DNA of 64,000 nucleotides, taken from an uncultured Acidobacteriaceae bacterium (lineage in GTDB: Bacteria > Acidobacteriota > Terriglobia > Terriglobales > Acidobacteriaceae). Each line of letters opens with the position of its first letter. Position 1 is the first letter of the stretch. The stretch covers positions 1,468 through 65,467 of the forward strand of contig CAWGMV010000024.1 of NCBI GenBank assembly GCA_963823635.1, given 5' to 3'. The translations under genes and the position numbers were made by a program. Shown here piece by piece: positions 26,991 to 37,431 of this stretch. The notes below the pieces were generated by a model that was not told the origin of the DNA, ran no database searches, and saw only the letters and a program-made list of their open reading frames with translations.

Positions 26991-27836
26991 ATGAAACTGA
27001 GGCAATGCAAGCAGGTCATTCTCGACGTTGTCTCCGCTATCGGTCAAAACTTTGTTTTCTCGTTCGCAGCGGCCCTCTCGTATTACTTCGTCCTGGCCTT
27101 CTTCCCTGCACTGATCACTGCTACAACCATCGTGGGCCTCCTGCCTATTCCCAATCTCGCTAATGTCCTTCTCAAAATGATGGCGCAATTTGTTCCTCAC
27201 GAGAGCTGGGCGCTGCTTGAGAAGGTAGCCGGCGATGTGACCTCGGGTAGACACGATGCCCTGTTGTCGTTTGGATTGCTGGGCACGTTATGGACATGCT
27301 CGAGCGCCTTCGCCACCATGATTGAGGCGTTGAATGTTGCCTACCACGTTCCGGAGAGCCGTCCCTTTTGGAAGACACGCCTGCTGGCCTTTCAGCTCAC
27401 GTTCCTGGTTGGTTTTCTGGTTGTGGTCGGCTTTGCCATCATGATTGCCGGTCCGCACTTCGGCGCCTTTCTAGCCGCTCACTTTCGCCTGTCCCGGGCG
27501 TTCGCGGGCTCCTGGCCGCTACTGCAGCACGGCATTGCCGCCATTCTGATCGTGCTCGCCATCGAGGGCCTTTATCTCATGGCGCCCGATCTGACCCAGA
27601 GCTTTTCATCTTCCTTGCCTGGAGCCATCTTCGCGGTCGTAGGTTGGATGGTGCTTTCCGATGGTCTGAGCTTTTACTTCCAGAAGTTCGCACAGTACAA
27701 CCGGACCTACGGCTTCCTCGGCGGGGGTATCGCGCTGCTGGTGTGGCTATACTGGACGAGTTTCATCGTTCTGGTAGGCGCGGAACTTAACTTCGCGATC
27801 AACAAACTGAGGAGCACCCCGGCTCGCCCTGAGTAG
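26991..27836 (+). CDS. YihY/BrkB family membrane protein
   Basis: 281 aa. The pattern FSFAAALSYYFVLAFFPAL..YWTSFIVLVGAELN is typical of the YihY (ribonuclease BN-like) family. Confidence 0.85.
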   Translation: MKLRQCKQVILDVVSAIGQNFVFSFAAALSYYFVLAFFPALITATTIVGLLPIPNLANVLLKMMAQFVPHESWALLEKVAGDVTSGRHDALLSFGLLGTLWTCSSAFATMIEALNVAYHVPESRPFWKTRLLAFQLTFLVGFLVVVGFAIMIAGPHFGAFLAAHFRLSRAFAGSWPLLQHGIAAILIVLAIEGLYLMAPDLTQSFSSSLPGAIFAVVGWMVLSDGLSFYFQKFAQYNRTYGFLGGGIALLVWLYWTSFIVLVGAELNFAINKLRSTPARPE

Positions 27837-27918
27837 GCCGAAAGTTGCGCTGTCTGTGCCGGAGCCGCTGCTCTCTGCTATTTCGGCTACTTGAGCTGCT
27901 CATCGTTACAATAACTGC

Positions 27919-28326
27919 ATGGCTAAGAGTGAGCGCTACACGCGGAAACACGCCGAATCCGGCCTCGACGCAAAATTGCCGGAGATCGAAACCTGGCCCA
28001 ACCAGTTCCCGCATTACGAAATTGTCATCGATATTCCAGAATTCACCTCGGTGTGCCCCAAGACCGGCCTGCCTGACTTCGGCACGCTTTGGATCCGTTA
28101 CATGCCCGACAAAAATTGCCTCGAGCTAAAGTCGCTGAAGGAGTACCTGACGTGCTATCGCAATCTCGGCATCTTTCAGGAAAACGTCGTCAATCGCGTG
28201 CTTGAAGATATAGTCCGCGCAGCCAAGCCGAAGTGGGCGGAGGTGAAAGGCGAGTTCCGCCCGCGCGGGGGAATCGGGACAATCGTCATTGCATGTTATC
28301 CAAGAGAGTCAGTAGTCAGCAGCTAG
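27919..28326 (+). CDS. queF: NADPH-dependent 7-cyano-7-deazaguanine reductase
   Basis: 135 aa of the unimodular type. It has the catalytic-Cys motif EFTSVCPKTGLPDF and LELKSLKEYL. Confidence 0.9.
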   Translation: MAKSERYTRKHAESGLDAKLPEIETWPNQFPHYEIVIDIPEFTSVCPKTGLPDFGTLWIRYMPDKNCLELKSLKEYLTCYRNLGIFQENVVNRVLEDIVRAAKPKWAEVKGEFRPRGGIGTIVIACYPRESVVSS

Positions 28327-28440
28327 CACTTAGCATCTAGCGACGATTGCTTACTGCATGCTTTCTTAGCCACGGCCGTGGGTCGGCAAAGTGCCGGCTT
28401 CAACGCCAAATGCTAACTGCTAAGTGCCAAATGCGAGTGC
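28322..28440. repeat. palindromic repeat, family 3 (GCACTTAGCA / TGCTAAGTGC arms)
   Basis: GCACTTAGCA at 28326-28335 is the reverse complement of TGCTAAGTGC at 28418-28427. A related element lies at 42359-42433, and degenerate CTTAGC/GCTAAG hairpins lie at 11575-11620. Confidence 0.6.
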
Positions 28441-28445
28441 TGTCT

Positions 28446-29096
28446 TTAGTACGTCCCCTCCCGTCTAGTCCCGAAATATTTCCGCACTCCGATTGTGTTG
28501 TACTGTCCCCACGGCCCGTTCGAGCCCAGCCACGCCGGTCCCAACGGTTGATCGCGCGCTCCGAAGCGCTGGATGACCGGATGTCCCGTAAATCGCACTT
28601 CAAATCGCTTCGGCAGGTCATATCCCACGCCCCACTCGTACTCCATACCAATTCCGCTCCAGGACCAGGTGTAGAGATACTGCGGTACGTTCTTGCCAAA
28701 CAGGAAGGTCGGGTCGAAGAAAGCCATGAAGCCGCGCAGCCACGTCTGGCCGAACGGCCGCAATTCGACAGTCCCCGAGATCATCCAGCGCGCAAATGCG
28801 CTGCACTGCGAGTTCTTTCCGCCATACATGCCGGCATTGGCGGCACACATGTTCGGGTCAACCTCATTGTGAGGCGGCGCCAGATCGAACTGCGCCCAGC
28901 CCCAATACCAGTCTTTGGGAAAGAACATGCGCTCCTGGGGCTCTGCCGGCTTGGGGGACGGCGCCGCCTGCGGCTCAGCGGACTGAGACGAACTGGCTGC
29001 CATGTTCGCATCGACGGCGGGCGCGGCATCTTGTGCCAGCATGGTTAGGGAAAAGGTGAAGCTGAAGCAGACAAAGACCAGCAGCAAGCGTTTCAT
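28446..29096 (-). CDS. hypothetical secreted/outer-membrane protein
   Basis: 216 aa with the signal peptide MKRLLLVFVCFSFTFSLTMLAQ. The mature part is rich in aromatic residues and Gly. The overlapping + strand ORF lacks such features. Confidence 0.6.
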   Translation of the reverse strand: MKRLLLVFVCFSFTFSLTMLAQDAAPAVDANMAASSSQSAEPQAAPSPKPAEPQERMFFPKDWYWGWAQFDLAPPHNEVDPNMCAANAGMYGGKNSQCSAFARWMISGTVELRPFGQTWLRGFMAFFDPTFLFGKNVPQYLYTWSWSGIGMEYEWGVGYDLPKRFEVRFTGHPVIQRFGARDQPLGPAWLGSNGPWGQYNTIGVRKYFGTRREGTY

Positions 29097-29354
29097 GTAC
29101 TCTCCGGAACTAGGGTTTAGTGGTTCGGCCGAGAAGGGTGGACGAGCGTGCTTCGCTTGGGGTCATCCAGTCGGGCTGGGCACACCACGGCTGTGGACGC
29201 CTGTCACGTTTGCTGTCGATTCTTCTCCACGAGAGATTATCCTGCCGGGGCGAACATGGGAAGCCCCTTTGCATGAGCCGTTCCAGCAGAGATGTGTGGG
29301 GTTGATCACAGACGAATAGCGAACCGCCGCTCCCGTGTTATCCTCCGCCCACGC

Positions 29355-30584
29355 ATGTCTTCCACCGCGAACGCCCGGGTCGCGCTGCTGCTGCTGACGG
29401 CGCTCAACTTCCTTAACTACATCGACCGCAACGTGTTGTTCGCGGTGCAGCCCCTCATTCAGAAGGAATTCCATCTCAACGATGAGAAGGTCGGATTCTT
29501 AACTACCGCATTTTTCTTCTGCTACATGATTGCCGCGCCGGTCATCGTTCCGCTGGCCGACCGCTACCCGCGCAGGTGGATCATGGCGGCAGGCGCATTC
29601 GTCTGGAGCCTCGCGACACTGCTGAGCGCGGTCACGCACAACTACGACGAATTGCTGCTGCGCCACGTCATCGTCGGCATCGGTGAGGCGACGTTTGTAG
29701 CCATTTCGCCCGCGTTCCTCTCCGATCTTTTCCCCGAGGCTATACGCGGACGGGTGATGGGCTTCTTCTACCTGGCAACGCCGGTAGGCAGCGCCCTCGG
29801 CTACATCGTGGGCGGATACCTCGGTCACCATTACGGCTGGCGGATGCCGTTCCTGATCTCGGCGCTGCCTGGACTGTTATTAGCATTCGGCGTGCTAGCG
29901 CTGCGCGAGCCGGTGCGCGGCGCCAGCGACCACCTCGCGGACAGCGTTGAGCGTGGCACCGTGCTTGGTCTCTTCCGCAATAAAGCTTTCTGGACGATCA
30001 CCCTCGGCGCTGCCATGATGACCTTCGCCGTCGGCGGGCTGCAGGTATGGATGCCGACTTTCCTCACACGTATCCGCCATGTGCCGCTGGATCGCGCTAA
30101 CGTTATCTTCGGAGGCATGACCGTTATCGCCGGCACCGTGGCAACTTTGTTTGGCGGATGGCTCGGTGACCGCCTGCTGCGGCGCACACCGGCCGCTTAT
30201 CAACTGCTCTCGGCAGTGGGTATGGCGCTCTCCATTCCGGCCATCGTTGTGGCCATCTACTCTCCTGGGCAGGCAATGTATCCGGCCATTTTCCTGGGAG
30301 AGTTTTTCCTACTCGTTAACACCGCTCCGCTGAACGCCGCACTGGTGAACTCGGTCAGCGCTCGCATCCGCGCGACTGCCCTCGCGGTAAACATCTTCAC
30401 AATTCATTTGCTGGGCGATGCCTTTTCCCCTACGCTGATTGGCTACATCTCCGACCGAAGCAATCTTGAGATGGGGCTGACGACCATGGTGGTAGCTGTG
30501 GCGCTCTCGGCGGTGGTGCTGTTCTGCGGAATGCGTTTCGCGCCCAAGCTAGAAGTACGGCAATTTGCAACGGGAAGCTCGTAA
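29355..30584 (+). CDS. MFS transporter, Spinster-like
   Basis: Start taken at the ATG at 29355. The motifs LLLLTALNFLNYIDRNVLFAV and LADRYPRR resemble bacterial Spns-family MFS proteins. About 12 TM segments. Confidence 0.85.
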   Translation: MSSTANARVALLLLTALNFLNYIDRNVLFAVQPLIQKEFHLNDEKVGFLTTAFFFCYMIAAPVIVPLADRYPRRWIMAAGAFVWSLATLLSAVTHNYDELLLRHVIVGIGEATFVAISPAFLSDLFPEAIRGRVMGFFYLATPVGSALGYIVGGYLGHHYGWRMPFLISALPGLLLAFGVLALREPVRGASDHLADSVERGTVLGLFRNKAFWTITLGAAMMTFAVGGLQVWMPTFLTRIRHVPLDRANVIFGGMTVIAGTVATLFGGWLGDRLLRRTPAAYQLLSAVGMALSIPAIVVAIYSPGQAMYPAIFLGEFFLLVNTAPLNAALVNSVSARIRATALAVNIFTIHLLGDAFSPTLIGYISDRSNLEMGLTTMVVAVALSAVVLFCGMRFAPKLEVRQFATGSS

Positions 30585-30680
30585 TAAGTCCCTTAACAGT
30601 TGACGAGCAGTTGACTCGCATCGCGCGATGCACGCGATCAGCACCTGTCGTTGCACACAGAGAGGTGGAGAGTCTTTGTG

Positions 30681-31310
30681 TCACGCTGCGTTCTCTCTCT
30701 CAAACGCCCGCAACTGGTCGATCTCCTTTTCACGCCTTCCGCGACGTCCCTTCCTGAGGTAGAGGAAGGTCGGCAACCATATGGCGAGAAGCACAAAGAG
30801 AGGCAAAGAGTTCTGCAGGAGTTCCCGTCGCTTGCCAAGCGAGCTGATCAGCGCCGGCACCCAAACTAGCGCAATCCCCACAAAGGCAGGTATCAGAATC
30901 AGCCAGACACGCCGGTCAAAGTCGCGCCCTTTCTCCAGTTGGCCTCTGTACCACTGGAGCGTAGTATTCAGTGGCGCATCCGGTACGAGCCGCGCCGGCC
31001 AAACCCACTTGTACAGTAGAAACGGGAGAGCCAGGCCCCAGAGACTTAGCAGGCCAAGCCCCATGCGCGTGCTCCAGAGGCTTACCGGGTGGCCCAATCC
31101 CCACCAAACCTGGTGAAGCTTGATGAGGTTCCAGGCGAAGAATACGGAAAGGACGAGCCCGATGATCGTATCACGGAGCACTTGAGCGCGAACTCCCTTC
31201 TGACGTTTTTGTGCTTTAAGACGTAGTTGATCTGCTGACATTTTGAATGCCTCCGTAGGTTGTTCCTGCCAGATATTTCGCGGGTCGTTGATGGGAAACT
31301 CACTTGGCAT
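30681..31310 (-). CDS. polytopic membrane protein co-transcribed with the ECF sigma factor (possible anti-sigma)
   Basis: 209 aa. It overlaps the sigma gene stop by 11 nt. It has a cytoplasmic N-terminal region followed by about 4 hydrophobic segments, and no zinc-binding HxxxCxxC motif. Confidence 0.45.
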   Translation of the reverse strand: MPSEFPINDPRNIWQEQPTEAFKMSADQLRLKAQKRQKGVRAQVLRDTIIGLVLSVFFAWNLIKLHQVWWGLGHPVSLWSTRMGLGLLSLWGLALPFLLYKWVWPARLVPDAPLNTTLQWYRGQLEKGRDFDRRVWLILIPAFVGIALVWVPALISSLGKRRELLQNSLPLFVLLAIWLPTFLYLRKGRRGRREKEIDQLRAFERENAA

Positions 31311-31881
31311 GAAGTCCTCCTTCGTCGAACCAGCGCTTCAGGATGTTCTTGATCCGGTGAGCTTTCATTGCGATGTTCGCCGGAGATAACCCGGTGATCT
31401 CGCCAATCGAACTGGCGTCCATCCCTTCGAGATAGGAAACGATGATCTGACGATCGAGCGGTTTCAAGCGCAGGATCAGCGTTGAGAGACGGTCCAGCGC
31501 CTGGGTCTGGCTAACGGCGAGTTCATGATCGCTGCCAGCCATGGCCTCGATGTTCTCGATGCTCACCAGCTTGTTCCTTAGCCGGCTCTGCCGGATCACA
31601 TGCCCGGTGGCCACGTTGTGCGCGATCCTGTACACCCAGGTCCTCAGCGAACATCGCTGGTCGAACGACGCGAAGCTGCGCCAGAGCTGGAGATGGATGT
31701 CCTGGAGCAGGTCACGGCGCGCGTCGGGATCAAGCTCATAAGCCCGCGCGAGGCGGTCGAGAGCAGGACCGTAGGCGTCCGCAGCCTGTTCATACAGCGA
31801 ATCCTGGCTCAGGTCTTCAAGCGGTATGGGTTCGGCCCCTTGCACACTTGAGTAGTCGTTTATGGGTTCAACCCCTCGCAC
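31300..31881 (-). CDS. ECF-type RNA polymerase sigma-70 family factor
   Basis: Region 2 (DLLQDIHLQLWRSF..LRTWVYRIAHN) and region 4 (SSIGEITGLSPANIAMKAHRIKNILK). GTG start; an alternative GTG lies 12 codons downstream. Confidence 0.85.
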   Translation of the reverse strand: MRGVEPINDYSSVQGAEPIPLEDLSQDSLYEQAADAYGPALDRLARAYELDPDARRDLLQDIHLQLWRSFASFDQRCSLRTWVYRIAHNVATGHVIRQSRLRNKLVSIENIEAMAGSDHELAVSQTQALDRLSTLILRLKPLDRQIIVSYLEGMDASSIGEITGLSPANIAMKAHRIKNILKRWFDEGGLHAK

Positions 31882-32159
31882 AGATAAGGTAGTCGTTGGC
31901 CATTGAGCTTTCTAACAGATCTAGCCAAAATATATATTTGAAGTTTTCGAGCCAACACCCTTGCGCGATATTCTGGGTAGGGCATCCGAGGATGGTTCGG
32001 GTCCAACCCGAGTCAAGATTCGGTGTAGAAGAAGATGGGCGATTCTGCCGGAGAGTGGTGCGCTCGTGATCGAAGTCGAAAAAGCTCGTTCCACGACTGC
32101 CTTTCAGCATACGCCGCCGAAATAAGCGTGAGATTGACTGCCTGCTAAGGACCGGACCT

Positions 32160-32795
32160 ATGACAAGAATCGCCGTAGCATGTATCGCGCTTTTGTTACT
32201 GACTGCGTGCTCCTCAAGCACAAAGCCCGGAAGCGGCAATGAATCCCCAATCCCCGCCAAAGCTACACCGAAACCGGCGGAGTACGAGACCGGCCGCACG
32301 GCCTTGCAGAAGATGTACGTTTCGGCGCGAGGTTGGGCTGGTGATGTAAAGCTGTTCCGACTGCAATCGCAGTTCACTCCTGAGGCTCCGACCGCGGAAG
32401 GCAAGGCCGGGCTATGGCGGGCTTCCTTTGCCTCGCCGTCAAAACGAGCCATGAAAATGTTCGTCTGGTCGGGCTTGGTGGGGCCTGACGCTCCGGAGCA
32501 GGGCATCACCTTCTCCGCCGAGGACTCGTGGAATCCAAGTAACGCTTCCACCCAGGTTTTCGAGCTTAGATTCCTTAAGGTTGACAGTGACGAGGCATAT
32601 ACGGTGGCAGAGAAGCACGGTGGCGAAAAGTTGACAGTCAAGGACCCAAAGCAGCCCGTGATCTTCGTTCTCGATTGGGATGCACAAAAGAGCCAACTAG
32701 TATGGCATGTGATTTACGGCAGCGGCCCGGATGAAGCGAAGCTGAGGATCGCGGTAAATGCCAGTAGCGGCGAATTTCTGCGGGTAGAAAAGTAG
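32160..32795 (+). CDS. hypothetical lipoprotein
   Basis: 211 aa with the lipobox LLLTAC after a signal peptide. No family recognised. Confidence 0.6.
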   Translation: MTRIAVACIALLLLTACSSSTKPGSGNESPIPAKATPKPAEYETGRTALQKMYVSARGWAGDVKLFRLQSQFTPEAPTAEGKAGLWRASFASPSKRAMKMFVWSGLVGPDAPEQGITFSAEDSWNPSNASTQVFELRFLKVDSDEAYTVAEKHGGEKLTVKDPKQPVIFVLDWDAQKSQLVWHVIYGSGPDEAKLRIAVNASSGEFLRVEK

Positions 32796-32842
32796 CCCAG
32801 TGCTGAGCTAGTCTATCCACCACCCACTAAATCACCGCTTCC

Positions 32843-33265
32843 TCACTTGCCGCTGGGCTTCCATCCTGCCCAAACGGGGACACCTTTGTCGTCGCGCAGT
32901 GTAGTCGTATTCTGACCTACCGTGATTTCGCGCGCCAGAATTTCCTCCCCGGGCGCCTCCGGAGCCTTGCAGCCAACGACCTGAACCTCATCGCCTTTGC
33001 TGAATGAGGTGTCAATCTCCTTCAGGAACGCAGCCGGGGCGACGTGCACCAGGACGGTCTTACTCTCCGTCTTCACCACCAGGTGCGTGCCTTCGAACGG
33101 GCCAGGCACTTCCCGGACCTCCTCCACGACTCCTTTGATCTTAACTTCATTCTTGACGTCATATTTCGGCCCCGTCTTGCCTGCGGTCTGTGCCCACACC
33201 ACAGACAGAAGGAGTCCTGCGAGAGCAGCGAACAAAAACGATTTTGAAACGATTCTGAAACTCAT
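32843..33265 (-). CDS. hypothetical secreted protein
   Basis: 140 aa with the signal peptide MSFRIVSKSFLFAALAGLLLSVVWAQ. The composition looks beta-rich. Confidence 0.55.
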   Translation of the reverse strand: MSFRIVSKSFLFAALAGLLLSVVWAQTAGKTGPKYDVKNEVKIKGVVEEVREVPGPFEGTHLVVKTESKTVLVHVAPAAFLKEIDTSFSKGDEVQVVGCKAPEAPGEEILAREITVGQNTTTLRDDKGVPVWAGWKPSGK

Positions 33266-33661
33266 GGTGTGACTCTCCTTCCGGACACCACAAACTCCAC
33301 ATCTCCCCGGAAGGTGCGATTCAGAAAGTTGCTTTCTTTCGTGCCGCGGACCGCGGCATCTCGAGGAAAAACTTCGCGCCGGTTTTCGACCCCATATTGC
33401 ACCACAATCTTCCGCCGCGCAAGTTTCAATGTAGGCCCCTCAGAAGAGGGGGACGTGAGCCGCGTCACAAAATGGGAATATCGTGGCAGGCGGGAAAGAT
33501 CGACCTAAGAAACTGAGATTGCAGGGCTTAATGTAATCCGCCAATTTGCAACAGGGGCAGCATGTCAAAGCTTCACTGATTCGAGCAATGAATCTCGTTG
33601 CCAAATAGCGCTTTCGTGTCATAATCAGGCCACCTCTAAAGTTAGCGGGAAGGAAGAGCCC

Positions 33662-35443
33662 TTGCGCGCGTCACCGCCAGCTCCCAGGTTCCTCTCTCGA
33701 CTACGGGCCACCGGACTGCAGTACGAGGACCCGCGTGTCGAAAGTGTGCTGGCATTTTCGCGCGTCTTTCTGGCGGCCACCTCCCTTATAGCATGGCGAT
33801 TCCGTCTGGCGAGCGGCGCCGATACCCATCTGGGATTTATGTTACTGGTGGGTTACACGGTCCACAGTCTTGTGCTTCTGGCCTTTTTGCAGAGAGCACG
33901 CAAGACAAATCGGGGGCTGGTGCTGTGGGTGCAAGCCAGCGACATCGTCTGGCCAGCCTTATTGTGTCTGTTCACTGATCTACCGAACAGCGTTTTCTTC
34001 ATCTTCTTTCTGTTTGCCATGATTGCAGCCGCGTTTCGCTGGGGATTCGTGGAAACGATGGCGACCGCAGAGATCAGCGCCGCCTTGCTGCTGTCGCAAG
34101 CAGCGATGGTGGCCTACGGGCCGCCGTGGCTGCATCGTCTGCTGTACACATCCATCGACCCAATGCGAATCATCATGCGCTGCGGTTTCCTGCTGATGAC
34201 AGGCTTTCTGCTGGGTTTTCTTGCTGAAACCGAAAAGGAATTGCGCGCGGAAATTGGGTTCACTAACCGGCTGTTGTCCCAAGCTCGGGTTGGAGGACGG
34301 TTCGCCTCAGTCTTGCAGGAGGTCATGTCAGAAATTGGCCGAATCTTCGGCAGCGGGCAGGTCTACGAGGTTGTTGCTCAAGACAGCACCGGCCGGGTTT
34401 TCCGGTGGGATGTCGTGTGGACACAGCCGCCGCACGCCCGCGCCCAGGAGATCCCGTCCTCTCAAGCCTCAGCCGTACTCATGCGCGGCTACCCGCATAC
34501 CTTTTACATGCAGCGTCGTGGCGGAAAAGAGGAATGCAGCATTGCGGGGCTGGATGAAGAAGGGCGGCGGTTGGAGGCCCCGGCACTTATGAATCTGACG
34601 ATGCCGGTTCCGGATGCCAAGTCGGTTGTGGTGATCGGCAACGAGATGGGAGGAGACTGGAGGGGCCGACTCGTCGTGGTCAACGGACGCATAGGGCGGC
34701 GCTGGGAACACGAACTGCGTTTTGCGCAGAGCATCCTCCGGCAGGTGGCACCAGCGATCTATTCTGTCTATGTTTTCCGGAGGTTTCGTTCGCGAGCGGG
34801 GGCCATGGAACGAGCACGGGTGGCGCGCGAACTGCACGATACTGCCATCCAGTCGCTCATCAGTATTGAAATGCAGACTGATGTGCTCCGTCGTCGCGCA
34901 ACTGGCGATGTATACCTGGTATCCCAGTTGGAACACATCCAGAATCTGCTGCGGCAGGAGGTCTTGAACCTTCGTGAGCTGATGCAGACCATGCGGCCCA
35001 TCGAGATCGGCCCTCATCAATTTCTTGACTTTATTGCCCAACTCGTGGAACGTTTCTCTAGAGATACCGGCTTGGAGGCCCGCTTCGTCTCGGAGTTGCA
35101 GGAAGTCACCATGCCTCCTGCCACCTGCCGCGAGTTGGCCAGAGTGGTGCAGGAAGCCCTGGTCAACATCCGGAAGCATAGCGGGGCTCACTCCGCATTG
35201 GTAACTTTTGCCGCGCAAAATGGGTCTTGGAAGCTGGTGATCAATGATGACGGAAAGGGATTTCCATTTGCCGGCCGGTTTCATTTGAGCGAACTGGACG
35301 ATTGTCGCCGCGGCCCGACCGTCATCAAGGAACGGATCCGTGCGGTTGGAGGCGACTTGCTCATTGAATCGACTCCCGGCCGCGGTTCCAGGTTGGAGAT
35401 TACAGTTCCGCAGAAAGGGAAAGGACACGAGTCTTATGGATAA
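33662..35443 (+). CDS. membrane sensor histidine kinase (HisKA_3/NarL-type partner)
   Basis: 593 aa. Multi-TM N-terminus, a central sensory domain, the H-box ARELHDTAIQSL, the N-box EALVNIRKHSGA, and the G-box INDDGKGF..GGDL. Confidence 0.85.
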   Translation: MRASPPAPRFLSRLRATGLQYEDPRVESVLAFSRVFLAATSLIAWRFRLASGADTHLGFMLLVGYTVHSLVLLAFLQRARKTNRGLVLWVQASDIVWPALLCLFTDLPNSVFFIFFLFAMIAAAFRWGFVETMATAEISAALLLSQAAMVAYGPPWLHRLLYTSIDPMRIIMRCGFLLMTGFLLGFLAETEKELRAEIGFTNRLLSQARVGGRFASVLQEVMSEIGRIFGSGQVYEVVAQDSTGRVFRWDVVWTQPPHARAQEIPSSQASAVLMRGYPHTFYMQRRGGKEECSIAGLDEEGRRLEAPALMNLTMPVPDAKSVVVIGNEMGGDWRGRLVVVNGRIGRRWEHELRFAQSILRQVAPAIYSVYVFRRFRSRAGAMERARVARELHDTAIQSLISIEMQTDVLRRRATGDVYLVSQLEHIQNLLRQEVLNLRELMQTMRPIEIGPHQFLDFIAQLVERFSRDTGLEARFVSELQEVTMPPATCRELARVVQEALVNIRKHSGAHSALVTFAAQNGSWKLVINDDGKGFPFAGRFHLSELDDCRRGPTVIKERIRAVGGDLLIESTPGRGSRLEITVPQKGKGHESYG

Positions 35444-36116
35444 CAACGAACCATCAGTGCGTATCGTGATCGCGGATGACCACACCATCTTTCGTGATGG
35501 GTTGCGCCGCCTGCTGGAGGCGGAGCCGGAATTGGAGGTCGTGGGCGAGGCCGCTGACGGCGCTGAGGCGGTTGCTCAGACGCGAGAGTTGACCCCTGAC
35601 GTGCTTCTCCTCGACCTCGCCATGCCGCGCGTTCCGGGCATGGACGTGCTGCGCGAATTGTCTTCCAAGGACGACGGGCTCAAGACCAAAATTATTGTGC
35701 TCACCGCCGCGGTGGAAAGAACTCAGATCGTACAGGCGCTCCAGTTCGGCGCACGCGGCGTGGTGATGAAGGAAGCCGCAACCCAATTGCTGATGAAGGC
35801 CATTCGCACCGTAATGAGCGGGCAGTATTGGATCGGGCGCGAAGCCGTCGGTGACATTGTTGACTTCATGCGGACCAGCGCCTCGGGTGAGAAGCCGGCA
35901 CGCAACTTTGGGTTAACCAAGCGCGAGATGGAAATCCTGGCCACGATTGTCGCCGGTCTCAGCAATAAAGAGATCGCGCGCAAGTTCTCTCTCAGCGAGG
36001 ACACCGTTAAACATCACCTCACCAACATTTTTGACAAGGTCGGAGTTGTGAGCCGCCTGGAGCTCGCCTTGTTCGCCATCAACAATCACTTGACGGACGC
36101 AACCCCGTCCACATAA
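35436..36116 (+). CDS. NarL/LuxR-family response regulator
   Basis: The ATG at 35436 overlaps the kinase stop (ATGGATAA). Receiver motifs are IADDH and DVLLLDLAMP. The C-terminal LuxR HTH is LTKREMEILATIVAGLSNKEIARKFSLSEDTVKHH. Confidence 0.9.
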   Translation: MDNNEPSVRIVIADDHTIFRDGLRRLLEAEPELEVVGEAADGAEAVAQTRELTPDVLLLDLAMPRVPGMDVLRELSSKDDGLKTKIIVLTAAVERTQIVQALQFGARGVVMKEAATQLLMKAIRTVMSGQYWIGREAVGDIVDFMRTSASGEKPARNFGLTKREMEILATIVAGLSNKEIARKFSLSEDTVKHHLTNIFDKVGVVSRLELALFAINNHLTDATPST

Positions 36117-36313
36117 AGGATTGGATCGGATTGCCGGGCGCGATGCCGGGCTCGATGCAGTTCAACGTTGCCGCACTAGGAAGGTTAAGCTGCGATATCA
36201 CGAACAGTTTCCAGATCCATCTGGAATCTGGTATTTTCGTGTCCAACGGCAGCGACAAAGCTCCGCAATTGGTGTTCTTAACGTCTAAGAACCAGGCTAC
36301 AACGGGAGCAGTT

Positions 36314-37384
36314 ATGAGGACCAAGGCATCCTTCTATGCCTTAGTGGTACTTACCTTGATGCTGGGCGTTTTTGCTGGGTGTTCGAAAGCGCCGGCCCGC
36401 ACCAATGCGCAGATTACCAGCGATGTGCAAAGCAAGTTCTATGCCGATCCTGCTATCGAGAGCCGCCAAATCCAGGTCCAGGCTGCCGGTGGCGTCGTTA
36501 CCCTTAGCGGCAACGTCGCCAGCGAGTCCGAACGTGCTGCTGCGGCCAGTGATGCTGCAATGGTTGCAGGCGTGAGAACTGTGGTCAATAATCTGCAGGT
36601 CCAGCAGGCGCAAATCACGCCGCCTCCGACGGCGGTAGTCCAGCCGCCGCCGGCTCAAAAGAAACCCTTACCGAGTCAGAATGCGAACAAGGCTGCTCGC
36701 AAGCGCCATCATCATGGCGATGAAGACCAAACCAGCGCACCAAGCAACGCTATAGAGGCGAGCAACACTCCGCCGCCCGCGACAGCTCCTGCTGCGGAAC
36801 CACCGCCGCCGCCTCCTCCACCTCCGCCGCAAAAGGTCACCATCCCAGCGGGAACGCAGCTCACCGTGCGGCTCAACGATGGGCTCGATTCTGAGCGAAA
36901 CCAAGTAGGCGACACATTCCACGGTTCTCTCAGTGCCCCCATCGTGATCAATGGAGAAACGGTGATTCCTTCCGGTGCTGATGTGGTCGGACGAGTGGCT
37001 GATGTGAAAAGTGCAGGCCGCTTCGCCGGAGGTTCGGTCCTGACGCTGGAATTGACTTCGATTGCGACGAACGGCAAGAGCTACAACATACAAACCAATC
37101 AGTGGTCGCGGTCGGGTACGGGCGAAGGCAAGAAGACGGCGACTAAGGTGGTTGGCGGTGCTGCTCTGGGCGCCGTTATCGGTGGCCTTGCTGGCGGCGG
37201 CAAAGGTGCGGCGATCGGCGCTCCTGCGGGGGCAGCTGCTGGCACCGGCGTTTCTGCCGCCCAAAAGGGCCAACAGATCAAGCTGGCGCCTGAGGCGGTG
37301 CTGAACTTCCAGATCATTAATACCCTAACGGTCATGCCTCAGAGCACAAATGATCACGATGCTGGAAGAATGCCGGTGTCGTGA
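36314..37384 (+). CDS. BON-domain lipoprotein with Pro-rich linker and Gly-zipper C-terminus
   Basis: The ATG at 36314 follows GGGAG. Lipobox VFAGC. The BON-like segment is [44 protein letters not shown]. It also has a run of 10 Pro and [30 protein letters not shown]. Confidence 0.8.
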   Translation: MRTKASFYALVVLTLMLGVFAGCSKAPARTNAQITSDVQSKFYADPAIESRQIQVQAAGGVVTLSGNVASESERAAAASDAAMVAGVRTVVNNLQVQQAQITPPPTAVVQPPPAQKKPLPSQNANKAARKRHHHGDEDQTSAPSNAIEASNTPPPATAPAAEPPPPPPPPPPQKVTIPAGTQLTVRLNDGLDSERNQVGDTFHGSLSAPIVINGETVIPSGADVVGRVADVKSAGRFAGGSVLTLELTSIATNGKSYNIQTNQWSRSGTGEGKKTATKVVGGAALGAVIGGLAGGGKGAAIGAPAGAAAGTGVSAAQKGQQIKLAPEAVLNFQIINTLTVMPQSTNDHDAGRMPVS

Positions 37385-37431
37385 GGATTGGGCGCAAATA
37401 GCGCGCGCCAGAGGTATCATCAGCGAACGGG

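Noticed and set aside
27837-27918. Possible preQ1 riboswitch upstream of queF
   Set aside because: The 80-nt leader lacks the preQ1-I/II conserved core (no short hairpin plus A-rich tail of the expected form).
31868-32641. 257-aa minus-strand ORF upstream of the ECF sigma gene
   Set aside because: It overlaps the + strand lipoprotein gene, which has a proper lipobox. Its translation has no recognisable features.
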